This document shows, piece by piece, positions 15,580 to 24,083 of a stretch of DNA of 24,515 bases. The translations under genes were made by a program, and so were the position numbers. The DNA comes from Promethearchaeota archaeon (GTDB lineage: Archaea; Asgardarchaeota; Lokiarchaeia; Sigyniarchaeales; SOKP01), in NCBI GenBank assembly GCA_048941285.1, contig JBHLNS010000047.1, positions 1-24,515 of the forward strand. Direction: 5' to 3'. Within the stretch, counting starts at the first letter, position 1; every line of letters starts with the position of its first letter. The notes beneath the pieces were generated by a model that saw only the letters and a program-made list of their open reading frames with translations, searched no databases and had not been told where the DNA came from.

Positions 15580-18327
15580 TTATTTTTTAATAAGAGTAAA
15601 CTTATTATTTAGATATTCATGAATCGCTAGAGCTGCTTTTTTCCCAGCACCCATAGCAGATATCACGGTAGCTGATCCTGATACTATATCTCCTCCAGCG
15701 TAAACTCCTTCAAGATTAGTTCTACTATTCTCATCAATTTCAATATATCCCCATTTATTTAATTTTAAATCGGGAATTGATTTAGTTAAAATGGGATTAG
15801 CATTAGTACCAATACCTAATAATACTGTGTCAGTTTCAATTAAAAATTCAGAATTTTCAATTGGAATTGGTCTTCGCCTTCCTGAGTCATCTGGTTCACC
15901 TAAGCGCATTCTAATAGCCTGAATATGTTTAATATTATCATTTTCATCTCCGATAAATCTTAAAGGACTTGTTAAGAATTGAAATTCAATCCCTTCTTCT
16001 AATGCATGATGGTACTCTTCTCTTCTGGCAGGCATCTCTAATTCTGATCTCCTATATAGAACTATTACTCTGTTAGCTCCTAAACGTTTAGCAACCCTAG
16101 AAGCATCGAGAGCTGTATTTCCGCCACCTATAACTGTTACAATTTCGCCTACCCTAATTGGGGTATCATATTCTGGAAATCTGTAAGCTTTCATCAAATT
16201 TGCTCTTGTTAGGAATTCATTTGCTGTTAAAACACCATTTAAACCCAATCCAGGAACTTTAGGAAAAATTGGAAGTCCCGCACCTACTCCAATGAAAAAA
16301 GCTTCAAAACCCATTTCCCGTAAATCTTGAAGAGAAAGAATTTTCCCTATAATTTTATTATATTCAATTTTAACATCAAGCATTTTCAAGGTTTCAATTT
16401 CATCTTTGACAATTTCTTTTGGTAATCTGAATTCTGGAATTCCATAAATTAGTACACCCCCACCAGCATGGAACGCTTCAAAGATGGTGACATCATAACC
16501 TTTTCTGGCAAGTTCTCCAGCACAAGTTAATCCGGCAGGTCCAGAGCCTATAACAGCAACCTTAATATTATTCGGAGGTTTACATTCGGGACATTCTTTT
16601 AATTGGTTTTCTCGTTCCCAATCTGCTATAAATCTTTCTAAATATCCAATTGCAATTGGTTCTTCTAAATCATTTAATAAACATCTACTTTCACATTGCA
16701 CTTCTTGAGGACAAACTCTCCCGCAGACTGCAGGTAATAAGTTATAATCTTTCATAACTCTAAGCGCATCCATAAATTTCTCTTCTCTTAGTAATCTTAT
16801 AAATCGTGGAATATCAATATTTACTGGACATCCAGAAACACATTGTGGTAATCCACATTGCAAACACCTCTTTGATTCTACCTTTACCATTTCTAAACTC
16901 AATCCTTGGGGTACTTCTTGAAAATTAGTGATTCTTTTATCAGGGTCTTGCTGAATCATTTTTGGTCTCCTTAATTCCTTAAAAAACTTTTTTTTTGATT
17001 TGCTAACTCTATTTATTATAGCAAAACTTTTATCTTCTTCAGTAACTTCATTTGATTCAATTAATTGAAGATTAATTGCTTTTTGAAATAAATCTGCGCC
17101 TTTTTCTGTTCTTATAATGACTGTTGACCAACCAGGGTCTGAACCAATAGACCCTACAGAAATATCTGCTTGTTCTGAGGTTAGATCATCACAAAAAAAA
17201 CATCCCAATCTGCCATATGTTTTAAGTTTTTTTACAGGAATAGTATAAATAGAATGATCTTTATGAAAAGCATAAAATCGTCCTTTATTTATATCCATTT
17301 TTTTAATAACATTAGGAGATATCTGAAATTCAGTTTTTAAAAGCTTTTTTATATTTTCATAATCAAATGATTCCATACAAAACAGCCCAATTTTTAATAC
17401 AATGTTATTATAAAAGGGTTTATTAAGGGGATAAAAATCTATTTTTTTTAACGCGTCCATCATGCATGGTGTGCCTACTATCGCAATTTTCTTATAAATT
17501 TTTGAACTATGTAATAATTTCAAAGAATGGGAATTGGTATATTTCGTCCCTGTTGTTCTTATTAGTTCCTCTTCTTTATCAATAATAACTGGTAAGGGTT
17601 TATGTGGCTCATCTGAAACGCTTACTGCAATAGCAGCATCAATATATTTTTCTTTGAAAGCTGTCTTAAGTAAAGTTGTAACAATTCCACCATCTTGTGC
17701 AAATTCTTTTATTTTTTTATCAGTAGTTTTAGCAGAATATATATTATAATAGTGGTTTATTTGTTCTGCAAACTTTGTTTTTATTTCATTATTTTCTTGA
17801 TAATTTTTTAGACTCTTAGGAAAGAATGACCTTGGACAACAGGAAAAACACAATCCACAGTTAAAACATAAATCTTTATTAATTTCAAAGGTACCACCCA
17901 TATACTTTATAGCGTGCACAGGGCAAACCGAATCACACAAACCACAACCACAACACAATTTAGTATCACGAACAATGGAAACATTAGGAAATAGTCCTTG
18001 ATTCTCATTATCTTCTATGTCCTTGTGAAAAAATCGTGATTTTTCTCCCAAAAAATCTAAAGAACCTAATTCTTTTAAATATTCAATATTATAAATTAGA
18101 TCTTTATCAGGAATCTTTAATTCATTTCTTAATTTCTGGAGATCTAAAACCCCAATCTCATTAATCTTCTTCAAAATAACTTGTCTCTGGTTTTCGGCTT
18201 CTTGAATTGATTTGAGGAATGTATTAAATTCAGATTCATTATACCTCATTTGCTGTAAAATTTTATCTTTATTATTTGAGAGAATAGTAATTAATGGTGT
18301 TTGCTCGATCATTTTAAGAAGCTTCAC
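15580..18327 (-). CDS. nfnB: Fusion protein: N-terminal helical/wHTH-like region, 2x[4Fe-4S] + FrhB-type F420-interacting module (FqoF/FpoF-like), and NfnB/SudA (GltD-like) large subunit
   Basis: CCGCGLCDSVCP and CFNCGLCFSCCP; AQDGGIVT, GTKY, VGTPC, IGLFCME, GCFFCDD...ADISVGSIGS and GWSTVIIRT (FrhB family). From about aa 453: RCLQC...CPVNIDIP, CGRVCPQEVQCE, GSGPAG, YGIPEFRLPK, GGGNTALD, YRRS..EMPAR and YAGGD. The start may be the ATG at 18312. Confidence 0.9.
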   Translation of the reverse strand: MKLLKMIEQTPLITILSNNKDKILQQMRYNESEFNTFLKSIQEAENQRQVILKKINEIGVLDLQKLRNELKIPDKDLIYNIEYLKELGSLDFLGEKSRFFHKDIEDNENQGLFPNVSIVRDTKLCCGCGLCDSVCPVHAIKYMGGTFEINKDLCFNCGLCFSCCPRSFFPKSLKNYQENNEIKTKFAEQINHYYNIYSAKTTDKKIKEFAQDGGIVTTLLKTAFKEKYIDAAIAVSVSDEPHKPLPVIIDKEEELIRTTGTKYTNSHSLKLLHSSKIYKKIAIVGTPCMMDALKKIDFYPLNKPFYNNIVLKIGLFCMESFDYENIKKLLKTEFQISPNVIKKMDINKGRFYAFHKDHSIYTIPVKKLKTYGRLGCFFCDDLTSEQADISVGSIGSDPGWSTVIIRTEKGADLFQKAINLQLIESNEVTEEDKSFAIINRVSKSKKKFFKELRRPKMIQQDPDKRITNFQEVPQGLSLEMVKVESKRCLQCGLPQCVSGCPVNIDIPRFIRLLREEKFMDALRVMKDYNLLPAVCGRVCPQEVQCESRCLLNDLEEPIAIGYLERFIADWERENQLKECPECKPPNNIKVAVIGSGPAGLTCAGELARKGYDVTIFEAFHAGGGVLIYGIPEFRLPKEIVKDEIETLKMLDVKIEYNKIIGKILSLQDLREMGFEAFFIGVGAGLPIFPKVPGLGLNGVLTANEFLTRANLMKAYRFPEYDTPIRVGEIVTVIGGGNTALDASRVAKRLGANRVIVLYRRSELEMPARREEYHHALEEGIEFQFLTSPLRFIGDENDNIKHIQAIRMRLGEPDDSGRRRPIPIENSEFLIETDTVLLGIGTNANPILTKSIPDLKLNKWGYIEIDENSRTNLEGVYAGGDIVSGSATVISAMGAGKKAALAIHEYLNNKFTLIKK

Positions 18328-19198
18328 CCTCCGATTTTTTTAATGCTTCACATTCATGATTATATCGATCTAATGACTCTTTTTCTTGATCAAGAAACCT
18401 ATTCGCACGATTTATGAGGTTATCAAAATCAATAATATGAGCATCAACATCAGGTCCATCAACGCAGGCAAAGTATATATCACCATCTAATGTAGGAAAT
18501 CGGCATCCTCCACACATACCAGTGCCGTCTATCATAATCGTGTTTAATGAGACGTAAGTTTTCACCTTTGCTAATCCATTTATACCACTTGTAGCGAATG
18601 CTACATTTTTCATCATTATTAAAGGTCCAATTGCGATTACTAGACTTAGTTTTTGTTTTTTGATTAATTCCTTTAAGGGTGTAGTCACAAAACCCTTTAT
18701 TCCTTCACTTCCATCATCAGTTGTAATTATTACTTTATCACTTACTGTACTCATTTTATCCTTCCAAAAAACTAGATCTGAGGTCCTAGCACCTAGAATT
18801 GAAATAATTGTATTACCTATATTTTTCAATTCCATTGCTTGTGGATAACAGGGGGCAATACCTACTCCACCACCAATAATAACCACGGGATTTTCATATT
18901 TCTCTATATGTATCTTATTTCCCAAAGGCCCAACCACATCTGATATCTCATCACCTTCATCTTGATGAGAAAGTAGTAATGTAGACTTTCCAACAACTTG
19001 AACTACAAGTGTAATAATTCCTTTTTCTCTATCATAATCCGCAATTGTAAGAGGTATTCTTTCTCCTCTCTCATTAATTCTAATTAAGACAAAATTTCCT
19101 GCAAATGCTTTTTTTGCTATTAATGGAGCGTGTATATCAATCTCATATAATGTACCATTAGTATCAAGTTGAATTTTTTTTAAAATTTTATAAACCAA
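18314..19198 (-). CDS. nfnA: NfnA/SudB small subunit (FAD/NAD-binding, [2Fe-2S]; PyrK-like)
   Basis: GERIPLTIAD, VVGPLG, GGGVGIAP, TDDGS, IGPLIMMK and IMIDGTGMCGGCR...FACVDGP. TTG start; abuts or overlaps the nfnB fusion. Confidence 0.93.
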   Translation of the reverse strand: MVYKILKKIQLDTNGTLYEIDIHAPLIAKKAFAGNFVLIRINERGERIPLTIADYDREKGIITLVVQVVGKSTLLLSHQDEGDEISDVVGPLGNKIHIEKYENPVVIIGGGVGIAPCYPQAMELKNIGNTIISILGARTSDLVFWKDKMSTVSDKVIITTDDGSEGIKGFVTTPLKELIKKQKLSLVIAIGPLIMMKNVAFATSGINGLAKVKTYVSLNTIMIDGTGMCGGCRFPTLDGDIYFACVDGPDVDAHIIDFDNLINRANRFLDQEKESLDRYNHECEALKKSEGEAS

Positions 19199-19312
19199 TA
19201 TAAACCATCCTAATTTTGATTAAAAATTCTAAAGTAATTTTGAATAAAACTCGTTTTCTAATTGAAGTTATAATTTAATCTAAAAAAATATTATCTTATA
19301 TACAATAGTTAC

Positions 19313-19326
19313 GGGAATTCATTCCC
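19313..19326. promoter_or_regulatory. Palindromic operator-like site GGGAAT-TC-ATTCCC in the nfnA/guaA divergent region
   Basis: Perfect 6-2-6 inverted repeat with the same arms as 24067-24080. It lies about 10 nt upstream of a minus-strand TATATAAG. Confidence 0.55.
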
Positions 19327-19549
19327 TCATTTTACGTAGAGTGTGGATATGAAATTAAACAGTGATTATGTAATATTCTAGTTCCAATTAATAAAAAGCA
19401 CCTGTTAAAAAAAAATAATTTGCTAATTAAAAAAATTAATTTTCTAAAAAGCATTTTTAATATTAAGAATAAATTATTTCCAATTTATTAAATATAAGTT
19501 CCTATAATTTTGGAATTAATTATTATAATTTATTAGAAATTTAGTAATC

Positions 19550-21109
19550 ATGGATACTATAATCGTTTTAGACTTTGGAGGTCAATATACCCATCTAATT
19601 ACTCGTCGAATACGTGATTTGGGAGTATATTCAGAAATTTTACCTTATGATACAGATCCTGAAAATTTGAAAAAAATAAATCCGAAAGCATTCATACTTT
19701 CAGGTGGTCCTGGAAGCGTTTATGAACAACAAGATCCAAAATTAAAGGATGATTTTTATCATTTCACTATAAATAATAGAATCCCTGTTTTAGGAATATG
19801 TTATGGTCACCATTTAATTATGCATCAAATGGGAGGAAAAGTTGAATCTAAAGAATCTAAGGAATATGGTAAAGCAAGTCTTACAATATTAGACCCAGAT
19901 TTAATCTTCGATTCATTAAAAAAAGAACAAATAGTGTGGATGTCTCACGGAGACCAAATTACGAAAATTGCTAAAGGATTTAAAGCTTATGCAAAAACTG
20001 AAACATGTCCCGTAGCTGCTTATGGAAATCAAGAAAAACTATTATATGGGGTTCAATTCCATCCAGAAGTCTCAAATACTCCGAATGGAACAAAAATATT
20101 AGAAAATTTCATCTATAAAATAGCCAAGTGTAAAAAAGAATGGAAATTGGAAGGATGGATTGAAAAATCAATTGAAAAGGTAAGAAAAGAAGTCGGTCCT
20201 AATAATAAGGTTATTCTGGGATTGAGTGGTGGTGTTGATTCTTCCGTTACTGCTGTACTTCTTCATAAAGCAATAGGGAATCGATTGCATTGCATATTTG
20301 TTAATAATGGTGTTTTAAGAAAGAATGAAGAAAGAGAAGTTCAGGAAACATTTAAGAATAAATTAAAATTTGAGAATTTTCATTATGTTGATGCTGAAGA
20401 TCTTTTTCTGCAGAGACTTACAGCGGTTGAAGATCCAGAAGAAAAACGTCGTATCATCGGACACACTTTTATCGAAGTTTTTGAGAATAAAACTATTGAA
20501 TTAGAAAGAGCCTATCCAGATATTAAATATCTTGCGCAAGGTACAATTTATCCTGATCGTGTTGAAACAAGTGCTACAAGTAAAGTTTCAGCTAAAATCA
20601 AATCTCATCATAACTTAACCCTACCAGATAATATGAAATTAAAGATAATTGAACCCTTAAGAGATTTATATAAAGATGAAGTAAGAAGAGTTGGATCAAA
20701 ATTAGGTTTGCCAAAATACATCATAAAACGTCATCCATTCCCCGGACCTGGATTAGCAGTAAGGATATTAGGACCAATAGATAAAGAGAAACTTACAATT
20801 TTAAGAAATGCGGATGAAATTTTAATTGAAGAGATAACAAAGGCATGTATCTATGACCAAATCTGGCAAGCCTTTTGCGTATTCCTTCCTTTGAAGACTG
20901 TTGGAATAATGGGTGATTATCGCACGTATGAATACATTTGCTCCATAAGAATCGTTGAATCAACAGATGCTATGACAGCTAATTTTTCTAAACTAGATTG
21001 GGAACTCCTTGAAAGAATTGGAACGAGAATTGCTAATGAAGTTAAAGGTATAAATCGGGTCGTTTATGATATTTCAAACAAGCCTCCTAGCACTATAGAA
21101 TATGAATAA
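19550..21109 (+). CDS. guaA: GMP synthase (glutamine-hydrolysing), single-chain type
   Basis: LDFGGQY, SGGPGSVY, LGICYG, WMSHGD, QFHPEV, LSGGVDS, QGTIYPD, IKSHHN, RHPFPGPGLAVR and KPPSTIEYE. Confidence 0.97.
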   Translation: MDTIIVLDFGGQYTHLITRRIRDLGVYSEILPYDTDPENLKKINPKAFILSGGPGSVYEQQDPKLKDDFYHFTINNRIPVLGICYGHHLIMHQMGGKVESKESKEYGKASLTILDPDLIFDSLKKEQIVWMSHGDQITKIAKGFKAYAKTETCPVAAYGNQEKLLYGVQFHPEVSNTPNGTKILENFIYKIAKCKKEWKLEGWIEKSIEKVRKEVGPNNKVILGLSGGVDSSVTAVLLHKAIGNRLHCIFVNNGVLRKNEEREVQETFKNKLKFENFHYVDAEDLFLQRLTAVEDPEEKRRIIGHTFIEVFENKTIELERAYPDIKYLAQGTIYPDRVETSATSKVSAKIKSHHNLTLPDNMKLKIIEPLRDLYKDEVRRVGSKLGLPKYIIKRHPFPGPGLAVRILGPIDKEKLTILRNADEILIEEITKACIYDQIWQAFCVFLPLKTVGIMGDYRTYEYICSIRIVESTDAMTANFSKLDWELLERIGTRIANEVKGINRVVYDISNKPPSTIEYE

Positions 21110-21212
21110 TTTATATCATCTTGATATTTAGCATTTTCAAATTTTATCTATTAGATTTTAATTGTTATATAAATTAGATCCTATAAAATCATATTTTTAT
21201 AAATTGATTATA

Positions 21213-23003
21213 ATGACACAAGAAGAAATTGCGTGGGATTTAACAGAAATTTTTTCTGGGTATGATGATCCCAAAATTACTGAAAATATGCAAAGACTTT
21301 CTAAAGAAGCCCTCGAATTTATCGAAAATTATAAAGGTAAAATCAATACAACCGAATTTTCAGCTCAAAAATTATTAGAACTTTTCCAAAAACAAGAAAA
21401 GTTTACTGCGGATATTGATGAAATAGAACTTTATTCGAATCGACTATATGTAGGGAATATGACTATTCCTGAAAGTGAAACTTTGAAAAATCGGGTTGAA
21501 GATTTTACAACTAAGATCGCTAAGGATTTAGCTTTTCTAGAGTTGGAAGTTGCTAAGTATGTATATGAAAATGATAAAATAATTGATGAGCCAATTCTCT
21601 CTAATTATAAACACAGATTAGAAATAATTAAAAGAGCATATCCTCATTACCTATCGGAAGTCGAAGAACAATTAATCCTTGAAAAGGATCAATATGGAGT
21701 TATAGCTTGGAGTAATTTACAGTCAAAATGGTTAAATACAAGAAAGATTATAGTAAATGTTGAAGGACAAGAAAAAGAATTGTCATATGGGGAAGCCAAT
21801 GCTTTATTAAACCATCCAGATAGAGCAACACGGATCTCAGCTAATAAAGCTATATATGGTTTATTAGGGGATGAAGAGATTGTTTTTTCATCAGCATTAC
21901 GAAGTGTTTGTGGTGACTGGTTAAATAATTCAAAAAGAAGAAAATATCATAGTCCAATGCATGACAGTCTTATTGTAAATGATACGACTCAAGAAATTAT
22001 TGATAATTTAATGAAAGCTATAGAGGAAGGAGCAGGTGTATATCGAAACTATATGACTTTAAAGGCTAAAATTTTAGGATTTACAAAATTAAATTGCGCA
22101 GATGTTCGTGCTCCCATCCCAATAGCACCACATAAGATATACTCATGGGATGAGGCAAAAAAACTTGCAATTCAAGCATATGAAAGATTTGATAATGAAT
22201 TCCTCGACGTTGTAAAAGATATGTTCAAACGAAATCATATCGATGCGAGTCCTAGAAGAGGTAAAAGAAATGGCGCAAATTGTGCAGCTTGGTTTAATCA
22301 AAAGACGGCTTTTATTCTAGTGACCTATACAGGTGAAATGAATGAGATTTTTACTCTTATTCACGAACTTGGACATGCAATCCATGATTATTTAGCCATA
22401 GATAAACAAACATTCCTTAATTTTCACCCTGGTTATACTGTCGCTGAAGTGGCATCTACATTTGGGGAATTATTATTAACAGATCTCCTTCTTGAAACTT
22501 CAGAATCAAAAGAAGAGAAGATGGCAATATTAGCACATGTACTAGACGATGCAGGGCAAGCTGCATTCCAAGTAAGTGCAAGAGTTTGGTTTGAACAGGA
22601 TTTATATAGAGCACTTGATAGAGGTGAAAATTTAGATGGAAAGACAATTTCAAAATATTGGTGTGCTGGAAGAGATAAAATATATGGCGAGTCTGTAGAG
22701 TGGTTTGAGGAAATGGATTGGGAATGGACTATGAAACCACACTATTATATTCCAAATTTTCGATTCTATAACTATCCCTATGTTTATGCTCAACTATTTG
22801 TTTATGCTTTATATCAAACATATAAAAACGAAGGTAAAGATTTTGTACCAAAATTTAAGAAACTCCTTGCTGCGGGAGGGAGCGTTTCACCCGAGGAACT
22901 TGGTAAAATCGTAGGATTAGATATCACAAAAAAAGATTTCTGGAAATTAGGCATAAAACAATATGGTGATTTCGTAAACCAATTGGAAAAACTTATGAAA
23001 TAA
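21213..23003 (+). CDS. pepF: Oligoendopeptidase F (peptidase M3B)
   Basis: WDLTEIF N-terminus, GKRNGA, TLIHELGHAIH (HExxH), AEVASTFGE, PHYY...FYNYPY and L.AGGS. ATG at 21213 is preferred over the TTG at 21162. Confidence 0.93.
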   Translation: MTQEEIAWDLTEIFSGYDDPKITENMQRLSKEALEFIENYKGKINTTEFSAQKLLELFQKQEKFTADIDEIELYSNRLYVGNMTIPESETLKNRVEDFTTKIAKDLAFLELEVAKYVYENDKIIDEPILSNYKHRLEIIKRAYPHYLSEVEEQLILEKDQYGVIAWSNLQSKWLNTRKIIVNVEGQEKELSYGEANALLNHPDRATRISANKAIYGLLGDEEIVFSSALRSVCGDWLNNSKRRKYHSPMHDSLIVNDTTQEIIDNLMKAIEEGAGVYRNYMTLKAKILGFTKLNCADVRAPIPIAPHKIYSWDEAKKLAIQAYERFDNEFLDVVKDMFKRNHIDASPRRGKRNGANCAAWFNQKTAFILVTYTGEMNEIFTLIHELGHAIHDYLAIDKQTFLNFHPGYTVAEVASTFGELLLTDLLLETSESKEEKMAILAHVLDDAGQAAFQVSARVWFEQDLYRALDRGENLDGKTISKYWCAGRDKIYGESVEWFEEMDWEWTMKPHYYIPNFRFYNYPYVYAQLFVYALYQTYKNEGKDFVPKFKKLLAAGGSVSPEELGKIVGLDITKKDFWKLGIKQYGDFVNQLEKLMK

Positions 23004-23028
23004 TGGAATCTACTAAATAAAAAAAATG

Positions 23029-23118
23029 TTAATTATTTCTTTCCTTTCTTTTAAAATAAAGTATAATCACTGCGAGAGAAACGCCTGTAATTGCTACTAT
23101 TGAAATACAAAAAGGCAA
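23029..23118 (-). pseudogene. Remnant of a C-terminal membrane anchor (TM helix + basic tail)
   Basis: ...S*NLPFCISIVAITGVSLAVIILYFKRKERNN*. It resembles C-terminal sorting/anchor tails, but the upstream frame is blocked by TAA. Confidence 0.4.
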
Positions 23119-23207
23119 ATTTTATGATTGGCACATTTTATTTTCTATATAAGTTTTAATAGGTTATTCTTACATTTTTGTATTTTTGAATATTATTTTA
23201 GTAGTGG

Positions 23208-23323
23208 AGCTCTTGCCATGGAAAAAAATGCAGTCCATGGCAAGAGTAATGAACTAATGGCTAATTTCGTTCTTTGATTTGTCAAAGCGGATGAAGAAGC
23301 TTGGCGGCTATTAATTTAGAGCT
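23208..23323 (+). ncRNA. Putative structured RNA (two consecutive long hairpins)
   Basis: Perfect 13-bp stem CTCTTGCCATGGA/TCCATGGCAAGAG (23210-23246), then nested stems TAATGGC/GCTATTA, TTTCGTT/GATGAAG and CTTTGA/TCAAAG (23255-23313) with G-U pairs on +. Confidence 0.45.
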
Positions 23324-23466
23324 ATTTTTATCTAAGGTGTAGGATTTTAGCCTTTTTTCAAAATGTCATGCTTATACTGTTATTACTACTATTAAAGGTA
23401 AATCCATCCACCTAATTTTTGATTTTTATAATATTCAATAAACTTTTTTTCAACACCTCCAGCAAT

Positions 23467-23754
23467 TTATTCATAAAATATGATATGATCTCGCATTTCA
23501 ATATTTTCTTGGAGATTAAACCTCTTTGATGTTTCACAATTCCAATCATAGCTAATTGGCGTATTATCAATAATTACTTTAATAATTTCTCTAGGGTATA
23601 TATCTGAATATTCCATCTTAATTATCTCAGGATTACAATTCCATTTATAATCTTTTTTATATGCACTAAAAATTATACCAAAATGAATGGATTTACAGCA
23701 GCTAATTTTTCTCCCATAAGAAAATTCTTCTCCGCAAATCTCGCATCGTATCAT
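23467..23754 (-). CDS. Hypothetical Cys-containing protein (N-terminal CxxC...CC..H); possibly truncated by a nonsense codon
   Basis: 95-aa ORF with GGAGGT upstream. The frame continues for 24 protein-like codons after the TAA, to 23392. Confidence 0.6.
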   Translation of the reverse strand: MIRCEICGEEFSYGRKISCCKSIHFGIIFSAYKKDYKWNCNPEIIKMEYSDIYPREIIKVIIDNTPISYDWNCETSKRFNLQENIEMRDHIIFYE

Positions 23755-23783
23755 TAATTTATTACCTTTTACCTCCTGTTATT

Positions 23784-24038
23784 TTATAGTGCTTCGTATC
23801 TTCGTGCCTTTTTATTATGATGTATTATAAGTTTCTCTGGTGTATTTTCTTTAATTCTTTTTATTACTTTTGATAGTCCATTTGGGCTTTTATAACCCAT
23901 AGCCATTGACCACTCTGCTACAGAAGAAATTCCAATTTCTTTCAGCTTTTCTAAACACATTTCTTCATATGTTTTTGGAATTTGTTCAACCATCTTTAAT
24001 CTCTCTTGAAACCGTGTTCTAAACTGTTTTGAAGACAT
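23784..24038 (-). CDS. Small putative winged-helix DNA-binding protein
   Basis: 84 aa; helix (YEEMCLEKLKEIG), HTH-like SVAEWSMAMGYKSPNGLSKVIKRI and a wing-like LIIHHNKKARRYEAL. GGAG SD; operator-like palindrome upstream. Confidence 0.65.
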   Translation of the reverse strand: MSSKQFRTRFQERLKMVEQIPKTYEEMCLEKLKEIGISSVAEWSMAMGYKSPNGLSKVIKRIKENTPEKLIIHHNKKARRYEAL

Positions 24039-24063
24039 CTGTTCTCCAATTTTTTATTATTAT

Positions 24064-24083
24064 AATGGGAATATATTCCCATT
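24064..24083. promoter_or_regulatory. Perfect 20-bp palindrome AATGGGAATATATTCCCATT, putative autoregulatory operator
   Basis: 25 nt upstream of the ATG of the wHTH-like gene and downstream of a minus-strand TTTATAAATATA box (about 24110-24121). Confidence 0.65.

Noticed and set aside
15580-16970. Annotation as glutamate synthase small subunit (gltD/gltA)
   Set aside because: It is paired with nfnA/sudB and there is no GltB in the window, which fits NfnB.
19300-19406. Cobalamin-riboswitch-like fragments on the minus strand (ACAGGUGC…AGGGAA…CCCGUAACU)
   Set aside because: P4-P6 and the 3' B12 box are missing. The GGGAA/UUCCC part is better explained by the DNA palindrome shared with 24067-24080.
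1596-22653. Antisense/overlapping short ORFs in the track (1596, 2348, 2787, 3724, 4157, 6490, 8525, 10208, 10795, 11286, 12038, 12226, 14206, 14881, 17534, 18660, 22456)
   Set aside because: They are shadows of well-supported genes on the opposite strand or in another frame, and have no motifs.
23026-23319. Plus-strand frame interrupted only by TGA codons (…CERNACNCYY*…)
   Set aside because: No SD, three unrelated TGAs and low-complexity translation. It is better explained as the antisense of the TM-tail remnant.
23249-23320. AUGA...GA as a eukaryote-type SECIS downstream of pepF
   Set aside because: The 3' GA is not in register with the helix, the apical part is too long, and pepF has no in-frame TGA.
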